This document shows positions 8,315-17,827 of a stretch of DNA of 64,000 bases, piece after piece. This DNA is from Candidatus Gottesmanbacteria bacterium (GTDB lineage Bacteria > Patescibacteriota > Microgenomatia > UBA10105 > UBA927). The DNA is taken from the NCBI GenBank assembly GCA_023245335.1, contig JAHFKK010000001.1, positions 1,000,019 through 1,064,018 of the forward strand, given 5' to 3'. Numbering within the stretch: the first letter of the stretch is position 1; every line of letters starts with the position of its first letter. Made by a program: the position numbers and the translations under genes. Under the pieces are notes generated by a model. That model ran no database searches. It worked only from the letters and a program-made list of their open reading frames with translations, and had not been told where the DNA came from.

Positions 8315-10117
8315 ATGTGTGGAATATTCGGATACATCGGTCACAAAACAAACGCTCCGACGATCGTCCTTGAAGGACTCAAACGTCTCGAGTATCGCGG
8401 CTACGACTCCTGGGGAGTTGCCGTGGTGCCGGAGGGAGACGCCGAAAACATTCTCGTCAAGAAAAAGGCAGGAAAAATCGGCGCCGCGACCGTAACGAGC
8501 ATGCCGAAAGGGACACTTGCGTTCGGACATACCCGGTGGGCTACCCACGGCGGAGTGACGGACGTGAACGCCCATCCGCATCTCGACTGCACCAAAACCA
8601 TTGCAGTCATCCATAACGGGATCGTCGAAAATTACGAAGCACTCAAGGAAATGCTCACGAAAGAAGGGCACCACTTCGTATCCCAAACAGATACGGAAAT
8701 CATCGCGCATTTAGTGGAAGAAAATCTTAAGGCCATGAAGCCCGCCATTCGGGACGCCCAACCTGCTTTTTCCAAAGCGGTACAAAAAGCGTTTAATGCT
8801 CTCGACGGGCTTAACGCGATTATCCTTATAAACACCACGTCACACGAGATGGTGGCCGCAAGAAACGGCTCACCGCTTGTCGTTGGATTCGGTGACGGAG
8901 AAAATTTTCTCGCAAGCGATCCTGCGGCACTTCTCCCACATACCAAGCAAGTGCATTATCTGGAAGATGATGAGATGGTCATCGTGAGACCGGATGCCAT
9001 CCATATCTTTAACGCGAGGACCGGCGAACGGGTGCGGCCGCGGAAACAACTTCTCACGTGGACCGAAAAAGACGCGGAGAAAGGACAGTATCCCTACTTC
9101 ATGCTCAAAGAAATTTACGAGCAGCCCGGTCTTATGAGCGAAATTGCATCAGAATCGACGGAACAAGCTAAAGAATTGGCAAAGCAATTCGCTACTGCCT
9201 ACCGCGTATACGTCGTCGGAGCCGGCACATCCGGTCATGCCGCGCGGGCCGCATCGTATTTGTTTTCGGATATCTCCGCACATCTTATTAACTGGGGTAT
9301 CGCAAGCGAATTTGATCATCGGCTAAACGTGATACCGGAAAAAAGCCTAGTGGTAGCACTATCGCAATCGGGAGAAACGATGGATCTTATGGAAGTAGTG
9401 AAAAAAGCAAAGGCGAAAGGGATTGGTGTCGTTTCTATCGTCAACGTGGTGGGTTCTTCCCTATGGCGTATGGCCGATTTCCGTATGCCTATCGGAGCCG
9501 GACCGGAAAAAGGAGTGGCATCGACCAAGGCATTTACGTCAAAAATAGCGCACCTTATCCTTATCGCGTATGCAATGAAAGGAAACATCAGTGATGGACA
9601 AAAACTGCTCATACGGGCCGCCAAAAGCGCCAAAGAAGCGGTAAGCGAATCAAACGTCAAGCGTATCAAAGCGCTTGCGGCGAAGATGAAATCGGTCGAA
9701 CATATGTTCGTCGTGGGTAAGGGTATCTCCTATCCGGCAGCGCAGGAATGCGCGCTCAAGATAAAGGAAATATCCTATATCCATGCGGAAGGCGTCGCGG
9801 CAGGCGAACTCAAGCACGGCCCCCTAGCGCTCGTCACCAAAGGGACGCCATGCATCGTCATCGCGCCCAATGATGAGACCTATCGTGACGTCCTGGGAAG
9901 CGCGATGGAAATGAAAGCGAGAGGCGGTCATATCATCGGGTTTTCATATAAAAATGATGAGGTCTTTGATGATTACATACCGGTCGCCGATGCGGGTGAG
10001 GCGACGATTATCCCGAACGTCATCGTGGCCCAGCTCCTCGCCTACTATCTGACGCTTGAACGGGGCTTTGACCCCGACATGCCGCGAAATCTCGCCAAAA
10101 GCGTAACCGTGAAATAA
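8315..10117 (+). CDS. glmS: Glutamine--fructose-6-phosphate aminotransferase
   Basis: MCGIFG N-terminus (start moved to 8315), EYRGYDS, GHTRWATHG, SQSGET, ELKHGP, PRNLAKSVTV. Confidence 0.98.
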   Translation: MCGIFGYIGHKTNAPTIVLEGLKRLEYRGYDSWGVAVVPEGDAENILVKKKAGKIGAATVTSMPKGTLAFGHTRWATHGGVTDVNAHPHLDCTKTIAVIHNGIVENYEALKEMLTKEGHHFVSQTDTEIIAHLVEENLKAMKPAIRDAQPAFSKAVQKAFNALDGLNAIILINTTSHEMVAARNGSPLVVGFGDGENFLASDPAALLPHTKQVHYLEDDEMVIVRPDAIHIFNARTGERVRPRKQLLTWTEKDAEKGQYPYFMLKEIYEQPGLMSEIASESTEQAKELAKQFATAYRVYVVGAGTSGHAARAASYLFSDISAHLINWGIASEFDHRLNVIPEKSLVVALSQSGETMDLMEVVKKAKAKGIGVVSIVNVVGSSLWRMADFRMPIGAGPEKGVASTKAFTSKIAHLILIAYAMKGNISDGQKLLIRAAKSAKEAVSESNVKRIKALAAKMKSVEHMFVVGKGISYPAAQECALKIKEISYIHAEGVAAGELKHGPLALVTKGTPCIVIAPNDETYRDVLGSAMEMKARGGHIIGFSYKNDEVFDDYIPVADAGEATIIPNVIVAQLLAYYLTLERGFDPDMPRNLAKSVTVK

Positions 10118-10121
10118 TACA

Positions 10122-10360
10122 GGCGTGGCAGTGTACACATTTTTCTGACTCTCCGCCAAACGCTGGCAATCCACGGGTGACGGTCGCGAGAGCATCCTGC
10201 GATGAGTCCTCACTTCAGAATGAGACGTAGCAACATGGAGTGGAAGCTATTATTTCATGAACGAATTGAGGCGAATCGCGGGACACACGACCGGCAGGCC
10301 CCGCTACCAGTGAACTTCGCATGGCGGATCGCAAAAAAATGCGTGCACTGCCAAAGCGCC
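10122..10360 (+). ncRNA. Unassigned rod-shaped structured RNA candidate
   Basis: About ten nested complementary segments spanning the whole 239 nt; G-U wobbles favour the plus strand. Confidence 0.55.
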
Positions 10361-10392
10361 ATTCTAATTTATAAGGTGCTACAATATGTACC

Positions 10393-11622
10393 ATGAATAA
10401 GCGTATTGCCATGATTTCCGTGCACGAGTGCCCGCTCGCATCCAGTGAAGGCAAAGAGCGCGGAGGCATAAATGTCTATGTGTACGAACTATCCAAAGCC
10501 CTAACGAGGCTCGGGTGGCAAATCGACATGTACACCCGCATGCAGGACTCTGTGAATCCCGCGGTCGTCCAGGTGAACGATAATGCGCGCGTCATCCACA
10601 TCCCTGCCGGCCCAAAGACGCCGATTCCCAAACAACAGGTCATCGGACATCTCGATGAATTTTCACGCAATATGGCCGAGTTCATCCGTGACGACGGAGC
10701 AACCTATAATTATATTCATGCACACTATTATTACTCGGGAGTAGTCGGCCGATATATAGCCGATAATTCGCAGTATTCGATACCTCTTGTCATGACATTT
10801 CACACCTTAGGACTACTCAAACAGCTAACGACTACGAATCATGCCGATGATCCAAAGGAGCGCATCCTCATAGAAAAAGAATTAGTTGCGGCAGCCACAA
10901 AAATTATCGCGACGAGTGACAATGACGCCACATACCTTAAAGCACTGTATGACGCTCCATCCGCGCGGATAGCGATCATCCCTCCGGGCGTCGACACGAG
11001 ACTTTTCCACAATGCCCCCAAAGAAGAGGCGAAACAAGCTATAGGCGCAGACCCCACGCATCGGATCATCCTTTCCGTCGGTAGGATTGATCCGGTAAAA
11101 GGATTAGATGTGTTGTTATATGGGCTCAAACTCATGATTAACGCACACCCCGAATACGCACAAAATACCTGTTTATGGATTGTCGGCGGCGATGTAGAAG
11201 AAAAACGCCGTGAATGGAATTCCGAACAAGCCAAGCTGGAATCCATACGCGAGACGCTCGGACTCCGGACGACGGTCAAATTCATCCCGGCGCAATCGCA
11301 GGAAAAACTCCCTGATTATTATAATGCCGCAGACGTCTTAGTCATGGCCTCGCACTACGAGTCTTTTGGGATGGTCGCTTTGGAGGCCTTAGCCTGCGGG
11401 ACACCGGTTATCGCCACAGACGTTACCGGTATCTCCCCGCTTGTGAAGGCGTTCCCGAAAGGACATATCATATCCGCCAACAATCCGATTCTCCTTTCAC
11501 AAAAACTCGCGCACGTCTTATCGCACCCGCCATTGGTGCAGGCAGATACCCAAAAAATTATTTCGTCTTTGGATTGGTCAGAAACCGCCAAAAAAGTGAT
11601 CTACGTCTACGAAGCATTGTGA
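10393..11622 (+). CDS. GT4 glycosyltransferase, MshA-like
   Basis: ISVHECPL...GGINVYV, HAHY, TFHTLG, VGRIDPVKG, YESFGMVALEA. Confidence 0.9.
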   Translation: MNKRIAMISVHECPLASSEGKERGGINVYVYELSKALTRLGWQIDMYTRMQDSVNPAVVQVNDNARVIHIPAGPKTPIPKQQVIGHLDEFSRNMAEFIRDDGATYNYIHAHYYYSGVVGRYIADNSQYSIPLVMTFHTLGLLKQLTTTNHADDPKERILIEKELVAAATKIIATSDNDATYLKALYDAPSARIAIIPPGVDTRLFHNAPKEEAKQAIGADPTHRIILSVGRIDPVKGLDVLLYGLKLMINAHPEYAQNTCLWIVGGDVEEKRREWNSEQAKLESIRETLGLRTTVKFIPAQSQEKLPDYYNAADVLVMASHYESFGMVALEALACGTPVIATDVTGISPLVKAFPKGHIISANNPILLSQKLAHVLSHPPLVQADTQKIISSLDWSETAKKVIYVYEAL

Positions 11623-11626
11623 AGGA

Positions 11627-11935
11627 TTAGAGCGAGTTAGCTTGTTTTTGTAGCGCATCCATACTGGCGACTCCCCCGTCATCCGCTGATGCGTCAAACT
11701 GCTGTCGAAGATCCGCAACCGGATTAGCGGACTGCAGACTTCCGAATCCGACGGTCGGTTTGCCGGCCGTCGCCGACAAAGACGGAAGAGGAGCAGGGAC
11801 GGTATTTGCCGGTAAAGAGGACTCGGGAGATGCCGCGGGGGCCGCAGACATCACCCGCAAAATAACAACTCCCGCAATCACAAGACCCGCGATAGTGAGC
11901 GGGATAGCGATGACAAATAATGATGATTTTTTCAT
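11627..11935 (-). CDS. Small membrane-anchored Pro/Ser-rich protein
   Basis: N-terminal transmembrane helix; abuts the upstream ORF. Confidence 0.7.
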   Translation of the reverse strand: MKKSSLFVIAIPLTIAGLVIAGVVILRVMSAAPAASPESSLPANTVPAPLPSLSATAGKPTVGFGSLQSANPVADLRQQFDASADDGGVASMDALQKQANSL

Positions 11936-11938
11936 ATA

Positions 11939-12769
11939 TTATGGTGTCGGCGTCACTTCTACAGGTTTCGTCAATGATTCTACATCGTCTAAAGCGACAC
12001 CGACCGCTTTGCGTGCTGCCACAAATGCCGCATAGAGAGAGCCCAGCTTCGTTTTGGCATCCCCGATTGCCTTCCCGGCATCCTCTCCCGCACTCGTTTC
12101 GCTGGTTACCGGAAGCACGGTCGAAATACTGCCGGTCAAAGTAGTCAAAAGGGTCTGGGCGGTCGCTACTTTTGCCTGGGCGGCGGTGATATCGGAGTCG
12201 ATACCGGACACGTCTTTTCCCTGCGCCTTGAGCGCTGCTGCGGAAACGGAAATCTTATCAAGAAGCGCTGTCATAGATGCAAGCTTTTTTTGCATGGACG
12301 TCAAAGCATTGGTAACCGTCGACCGGAATTTGTCCGCCACGGAAAGTACTCTTTGTTTCTTCCCGGAATCTTTAAACGCCTCTACCTTTCGAAGGAACCC
12401 CGTATGAGATGCTTCATCTTCGCCCGCACGCTTATGGAGCGCATTGGTAAACTCATCTTCGAGCGTCCGCACCTTTGCGTCTGTTACCTTGAGAATTTTC
12501 GCCTCCCGAGCGGCACGGTCCTCCTGGAATGCATCCTCCTCTTTTTTGGTCAGTACCGGTGCCAGAACCCGGAGCGTCGGCCTTGGGTTTTCTCCTCCAC
12601 GACCACGACCGGAACCGGAATGCGTATCCGCTTTGAGTTCGGGAGGACGCTCTGCGGAACCGGTAGAACTAACTACTTCCTGAGTTTGGTCGCCCAAGAC
12701 GTTCGGCCGCATCATGGGGTGACCGAGACCTAAACCAAGAAGAATAAGACCGAAAAACTGATCGAGCAT
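11939..12769 (-). CDS. Exported helical/coiled-coil hypothetical protein
   Basis: Signal-like N-terminus, Ala/Lys-rich helices, C-terminal TPTP. Confidence 0.75.
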   Translation of the reverse strand: MLDQFFGLILLGLGLGHPMMRPNVLGDQTQEVVSSTGSAERPPELKADTHSGSGRGRGGENPRPTLRVLAPVLTKKEEDAFQEDRAAREAKILKVTDAKVRTLEDEFTNALHKRAGEDEASHTGFLRKVEAFKDSGKKQRVLSVADKFRSTVTNALTSMQKKLASMTALLDKISVSAAALKAQGKDVSGIDSDITAAQAKVATAQTLLTTLTGSISTVLPVTSETSAGEDAGKAIGDAKTKLGSLYAAFVAARKAVGVALDDVESLTKPVEVTPTP

Positions 12770-12851
12770 TGTATCCAGTATGGAAAGAATCGGAGTGGAT
12801 TGTCAAGTATATTACAATTGCAGAATTAATGACCAAGAATTGAACATGACG

Positions 12852-13250
12852 TCACCTCGTAATCCTTAATTCTTTTCTCAAGAGGTAATGCAGCGTATTC
12901 GTACGAATTTTGGTTTTCTGGACGGTCCATCCCAACGTATGTGCTAAAGCCTCGACCGATGAAGAGCTTTGTTCTGCTTCAAAGAGTTTTTGTTCGCTCG
13001 GAGGTATCTTGGCAAGTGCACGCCTGAATCCTGGGTGATTCGTGATCGTCTCAATCGCTCTTGCCCTCCTCTTTTGGGATTGTGTCGGGACAGTTGGTAG
13101 GCCGTCCGCAAATATGCGTGCGACTGCCGTACGTCTTTGTGTCGCACTGCGCGCACGCAACTCTCTTTCTGCACGCTCTGCTTCAAGGATAATCTGTTGG
13201 AATACGCTTGGCCCTGCGGGTGATTTCGACAATCTCCGTTCGTCATCCAT
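12852..13250 (-). CDS. Hypothetical protein with possible C-terminal sigma-4-like HTH
   Basis: ALAKIPPSEQKLF...SVEALAHTLGWTVQKTKIR. Confidence 0.55.
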   Translation of the reverse strand: MDDERRLSKSPAGPSVFQQIILEAERAERELRARSATQRRTAVARIFADGLPTVPTQSQKRRARAIETITNHPGFRRALAKIPPSEQKLFEAEQSSSSVEALAHTLGWTVQKTKIRTNTLHYLLRKELRITR

Positions 13251-13259
13251 ACGATTCGA

Positions 13260-14789
13260 TTATAGTTCTTTGTTCGCCGCTGGGTCCTGATTATACTTCT
13301 CAGGTTTGCCGAGTTTGATGTAAAACTCCGCCCGCTGCAATTCGGTGCCGATATAGATAAGGTGACTTGGCAAAACGAGGTACTCACCGATATTCACCAT
13401 TTCAATGTAGAGTTCCATAGCGGTCTTTTCCCGCCATTCCTTGAGAAGCAGTCCGCCGTTTGGTGCATAGAGTTTGACGACAATTTCCCATTCGGTATCC
13501 GGGGGCTTCGTAGCGTATTTGGTAGGTCTTCCGACACTATTTTTGTCCGTTTGCTCGACCGAAACGACCACGTTCCCCCGCGGATCATCTTCAAACATCT
13601 GCCTGCTCGTGTAGCCTAACTCTTTGTCATAATTTTCTTTCAGGATCTTTTCGACCAACTCGTAATCATCGCTATAGATGTGCGCGCTATGGGTGATCAT
13701 GACGAACGCCCCCATGGCGACCCCCGACTCGTCGCAAATAAGCTTCTGTAATTTCCGAAGGCTAAATACGTTCCTGGGCCAGCCGTGCACCATATCCTGA
13801 CTCCGAAAATGCGTCGTCATAAAAAGTCTGCCGTCCTCTATGCTGCAGAGAATCTGTGTGAGGCACGGCGTGTCCCCTTTGTTGACGACCGACCAGTCTT
13901 CTTTAATTTTGGCGGTAAATGCAACCATCTTTTTCGAAAACGGTCGTGTTTTGATAAGGTCTATGATGTTTTGGATCTGATCGACGCCGTCATGATCGCG
14001 CAGTCTCTGCCCATACGTATATGCGATGCCGGGAATCTGTTTGGCGGAAAGTACCTGCGGATAATACGAAAGCAAATCTTTTTCCGAAAACGGGAAAAAG
14101 TGCGGCAGATATGGCTTGTCCGGATCCTCGTCATAGACGACCGCCATGACGTTCAGGAACTCTTTGAGTTCATTTTCCTGCGTGTAGCGGGTCGTTTTGT
14201 TGCGGCCGTACCGCATGATATTCATAAGGATTTTGAGCCATGCTTGCGCCGCGGTCTTCCCGTGTATGCGAACACCGATCTGTTCGCTGGGATACGTAAA
14301 CGGTTTGGGGCGACTGGTCGGAAACTTTTTGGGCTCGGTAAATGGCGCGGGCGGGACGGCCCCCAAATCACTGACTGTTTTCCTCAAAAGATCCGGAGAT
14401 TTGCCGCGGAGATTGATGACCTCTACGGATGTGCGGAAAAGGTCTATGGCATCCTTACCTATTTCCTTCTCTATCTGCCCGCCTTTCTCGTCCCCGATAA
14501 TGAAAAAATTCTCGTCGACGCCATTTGCCATAAGCGCCATAAGCGCCTGGCCGCTTCGGGAAAGGTCAGCGCCCCACAAAACGATCTTCCGTACATGCGG
14601 GTTGGCATAGACGTTTCTGATCATTGCCGAAATTCCCGCGGACGAATACAGGTTACCGATGGCGCAATAGTTCTCGTCTTTCAGAAGGTTCGCGACCACC
14701 TGCCGTTCCGTCCACATGATTGCAACCCCGACGGGATTCTTGGGGTCTTTGACATGCAACACTTGTCTATAGAGAATCGGCCAATCCAT
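13260..14789 (-). CDS. thyA: Thymidylate synthase-like protein with N-terminal MtrA-like domain and C-terminal DUF4346-like tail
   Basis: YTYGQRL, PC (catalytic Cys), FRSQD, N in GWPRN, SAHIY; N-terminus GNLYS..GI..MIRN..ANP.VR.IVL.G; DPRGN...H..YIG.EL.RAE. Confidence 0.8.
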   Translation of the reverse strand: MDWPILYRQVLHVKDPKNPVGVAIMWTERQVVANLLKDENYCAIGNLYSSAGISAMIRNVYANPHVRKIVLWGADLSRSGQALMALMANGVDENFFIIGDEKGGQIEKEIGKDAIDLFRTSVEVINLRGKSPDLLRKTVSDLGAVPPAPFTEPKKFPTSRPKPFTYPSEQIGVRIHGKTAAQAWLKILMNIMRYGRNKTTRYTQENELKEFLNVMAVVYDEDPDKPYLPHFFPFSEKDLLSYYPQVLSAKQIPGIAYTYGQRLRDHDGVDQIQNIIDLIKTRPFSKKMVAFTAKIKEDWSVVNKGDTPCLTQILCSIEDGRLFMTTHFRSQDMVHGWPRNVFSLRKLQKLICDESGVAMGAFVMITHSAHIYSDDYELVEKILKENYDKELGYTSRQMFEDDPRGNVVVSVEQTDKNSVGRPTKYATKPPDTEWEIVVKLYAPNGGLLLKEWREKTAMELYIEMVNIGEYLVLPSHLIYIGTELQRAEFYIKLGKPEKYNQDPAANKEL

Positions 14790-14791
14790 GA

Positions 14792-15361
14792 TTATTTTTC
14801 CTGGGCAATTCTGCTTGCCAGAGGTGTTTTTTGCCCGGCGTATTTCGCCGTTTTTTTCTTACTGTACGGCACCTGGGCAGGAGAACTTAATTCTTCAAAC
14901 GTCATACTGCAAATCCGCATCCCCGGATAGAGGGCGACCGCCATACGGCCTAAATTTCCAAGCTCCATGACGACGACGCCATTCCACCCGGGCTCGAATA
15001 TTGACGCGGTCGAATGGACAACGATTCCGAGCCGTCCGAGACTGGATCTTCCTTCTAAGCGACCAATAAGATCATCTGCGATAGATATGGATTCAACGGT
15101 TGTTGCTAACACGAAATCACCCGGTTGCAGGATAAACGCTTCCCCTTTTGTGAGATTGACTTCCCGCATCATGTCTTTGGAAAGCTTAGGATTCGTCGGG
15201 TCTATATAGGCCATCGTGCTATGGTTGAAAACCCGGAATTGTCTTCCGAGCCGGAGATCGACCGAACAAGAACCAAGCTGTGTCTTCGCATCTATCTTCG
15301 GGGTTATGACAATTCTCTTGGAGAGAACGGCTTTTTTGATATCCCTATCGGACAAAATCAT
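14792..15361 (-). CDS. dcd: dCTP deaminase
   Basis: MILSDRDI, SVDLRL, EGRSSLGRLG, PGW.G...EL.N, KY.GQ; start moved to 15361. Confidence 0.95.
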   Translation of the reverse strand: MILSDRDIKKAVLSKRIVITPKIDAKTQLGSCSVDLRLGRQFRVFNHSTMAYIDPTNPKLSKDMMREVNLTKGEAFILQPGDFVLATTVESISIADDLIGRLEGRSSLGRLGIVVHSTASIFEPGWNGVVVMELGNLGRMAVALYPGMRICSMTFEELSSPAQVPYSKKKTAKYAGQKTPLASRIAQEK

Positions 15362-15438
15362 GGGCCTAAGTATAGCCAATACGCGTGCATGAGACAAGTC
15401 AGAGGAATAAATGTTTATATTGCGATATACTGTTCCTT

Positions 15439-16296
15439 ATGATCCGGGGCATCATCACAGACATAGACGGCGTCATCGTCGGAGACAAAGTCGGATTCAA
15501 TTCTCCCTTCCCCCATCCTGACGTCCTCGCACGGATAAAGAAAATACATGACTCCGGCATACCGGTGACCCTTTGTACCGGCAAGCCGCATTATGCGGTC
15601 GGGCAAATCATCCGCGTCTGCGGACTCAATAATCCCCATATCACCGACGGCGGAGCCATCATCATAGATCCTATCACCAACACGATTGTCAAAAAACATG
15701 TTATGGATCCCTCGCTCGTTGCCGGACTCGTCGCGTCGTGTCTTAGGACTGACATGTATGTCGAGATCTATACGGAGGAGAGCTATATCATCCAAAAAAG
15801 CCAAGTCCGGGAAAATCTGACCCCGATACATGAGCACATATTGCAAACCGCGCCGGTCATAGTAGACGACTTGGTCGAGGAAGCCAAAAACCATGAGATC
15901 GTGAAAGTTATGCCGGTCGCAACGGATGAGGAAGACAAAAAACGACTGATTTCGATCTACGAGCCGTATAAGGATCAACTGACTCTCGCCTTTGGACTCC
16001 ACCCCATCGCAAACCCGCACCAGTTCGGTCTGATTACCGCCAAAGGCGTCTCAAAGAAACAATCCGCAATCGATGCGACCTCGGCTCTCCAAATTCCACT
16101 ACGTGATTATCTCGGAATTGGAGACAGCACCAGCGACTGGTCATTCATGGAGCTGTGCGGCTATGCGGCTACGATAGGAAACGGCAGCAGTGAACTCAAA
16201 AAACTGGTCGTAAGCAAAGAAGATCACGGATTTATCGCCGAACACTCCGTCGACGAAAACGGGGCGCTCACTATCCTTGATTACTTCGGACTGTGA
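15439..16296 (+). CDS. Cof-type HAD hydrolase
   Basis: TDIDGVI, CTGK, GVSK, GIGDSTSDWSFM; ATG 7 nt after TATACT. Confidence 0.9.
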   Translation: MIRGIITDIDGVIVGDKVGFNSPFPHPDVLARIKKIHDSGIPVTLCTGKPHYAVGQIIRVCGLNNPHITDGGAIIIDPITNTIVKKHVMDPSLVAGLVASCLRTDMYVEIYTEESYIIQKSQVRENLTPIHEHILQTAPVIVDDLVEEAKNHEIVKVMPVATDEEDKKRLISIYEPYKDQLTLAFGLHPIANPHQFGLITAKGVSKKQSAIDATSALQIPLRDYLGIGDSTSDWSFMELCGYAATIGNGSSELKKLVVSKEDHGFIAEHSVDENGALTILDYFGL

Positions 16297-16297
16297 A

Positions 16298-16645
16298 TTA
16301 CCTCTTCGCACGTCCCCGTGCTTTTGGCGTATCGGGAAACTGAAACACCACGCTGGTCCGACGTGGTATCTGTAATCTCTCCACCCGGTGGTTCAGGAGG
16401 TCGTGAGGATTTTTGCCCCTCGTGTGGTGAAATTTGACATAGGTAAATTTATCAAACGGACCGCCCTGGATCGAACGGACCAATCCCTTCATATTATTGG
16501 CATCTTCCAAAACGCGTCTCACTTCCGGTTTCTGCATCTTCGCAAATGCAACTCGTATGACGTTTCGTATATCCGGAGCATACGCGGTCAGCTCTCCTTC
16601 GACACGGACGGGTTTTTGATGTGTCAATATGATATCAGGTGACAT
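16298..16645 (-). CDS. Hypothetical protein
   Basis: ORF co-oriented with the TfoX-like gene; start uncertain. Confidence 0.55.
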   Translation of the reverse strand: MSPDIILTHQKPVRVEGELTAYAPDIRNVIRVAFAKMQKPEVRRVLEDANNMKGLVRSIQGGPFDKFTYVKFHHTRGKNPHDLLNHRVERLQIPRRTSVVFQFPDTPKARGRAKR

Positions 16646-16677
16646 AGTAAGGGTGAAGTATAGCACTATGGGTCGAA

Positions 16678-17034
16678 TTATTTCTTCTTCTTACTCCGCA
16701 TAACGGCAGCATACGCCCCCATGACCCACGGGACTATGGCAGCGGGGTCATCCATGGCGCATGATGGGACTTCCCAAAACGATAATGTTGTAGGTTTCCC
16801 CGTATGACTCCTATAGACAAAACGTTTACTTCCCTCGTCTTCATAATCCTTCTGATTCTCTCTATCTACTTTGAGATACAGCGTCCCTCCGTTTATGAGC
16901 CCGATAAATATGCCGCGCAAATAGATCCCATGGCCGTCAAACATCCGCCGGATGGCGATGCCGTCTACCTCACGCAGAAGTTCGCTTTCGACGTACACTT
17001 TGAAGCTGTCATCCCTCGTCTTCATCCAGGTCAT
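16678..17034 (-). CDS. TfoX/Sxy N-terminal domain protein
   Basis: RRMFDGHGIY..G.FIGLI..GTLYLK, F.Y, FWEVP. Confidence 0.85.
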   Translation of the reverse strand: MTWMKTRDDSFKVYVESELLREVDGIAIRRMFDGHGIYLRGIFIGLINGGTLYLKVDRENQKDYEDEGSKRFVYRSHTGKPTTLSFWEVPSCAMDDPAAIVPWVMGAYAAVMRSKKKK

Positions 17035-17095
17035 TGTACATCAACTAGTAGCGCATAATTTGTAACACAAGGACATCAAAGCTATAATCCGGATA

Positions 17096-17458
17096 ATGAA
17101 ATTTCAGGAAGATGAGTACATGCGTTTAGAAGTGATGGATAACATAGAGGTTGACGTCACCGACCTTACAGGCGGAAAGCCGGTCGTCCACCGGACGGGA
17201 TTCATTTTAAATATTAACCTGAAAGAGGGCAATACGCGCAGAGGCAAATCAACGATCACGATGGTAGACAAGTTTCCCAAAGACGCCCGCCGGAGAGAAG
17301 AAAAAATTGAATTACCTACCCCGCCTTTACGAAACTATCTCGACTTATATTCCAGAACGATCATATATGTCCCCAAAGGAGAAATCTTGTCACCTGATAA
17401 TAATTGGAAACTCACCATACGCCGGTCAGATAAAACAACTGCTTCATCTACCCACTAA
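17096..17458 (+). CDS. Hypothetical protein
   Basis: ATG 7 nt after TATAAT; fills the intergenic gap. Confidence 0.65.
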   Translation: MKFQEDEYMRLEVMDNIEVDVTDLTGGKPVVHRTGFILNINLKEGNTRRGKSTITMVDKFPKDARRREEKIELPTPPLRNYLDLYSRTIIYVPKGEILSPDNNWKLTIRRSDKTTASSTH

Positions 17459-17827
17459 ATACTTCTGGGCGAAACTATTTGCTTCCCTCTCCTGACGCCG
17501 GATCTCCGAGCGACTCTGAGTGACGAGGATGGAGTTACGGTGTCCGAGGATGACGTGACCGATCTCATGCATGATCGTCCATTCTATATCTTGCTCCGGC
17601 TGATCCAATAATGAATCGGACACGATAATGAGGTGCTTCCCCTTCAGTTCGTCCCCGTGGAACACATACGCCCACGCGTCTTCGACGCTTCCCAATATCC
17701 ACGTGTCCCGTGTGACTTTCCGGATGAGGTCGTCCGACAATTTGGCAACCGTACGCAGCACATATTTTTTCAGTCTCCTGTTGACGTGAAGTTTACCGGC
17801 AAATGCATTCGTAATATCTTTATTCAT
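17444..17827 (-). CDS. HExxH zinc metallopeptidase-like protein (ImmA/IrrE-like)
   Basis: WTIMHEIGHVILGH...EREANSFA. Confidence 0.75.
   Translation of the reverse strand: MNKDITNAFAGKLHVNRRLKKYVLRTVAKLSDDLIRKVTRDTWILGSVEDAWAYVFHGDELKGKHLIIVSDSLLDQPEQDIEWTIMHEIGHVILGHRNSILVTQSRSEIRRQEREANSFAQKYLVGR

Noticed and set aside
10202..10469. Short ORFs between glmS and the GT4 gene
   Set aside because: No motifs; the interval is better explained by the rod-shaped RNA
10393..11622. Mycothiol biosynthesis (mshA)
   Set aside because: Only family-level similarity; no other msh genes in the window
13785..14930. 381-aa antisense ORF (likewise 59318-60241 and 22801-23580)
   Set aside because: Shadow frames opposite well-supported genes
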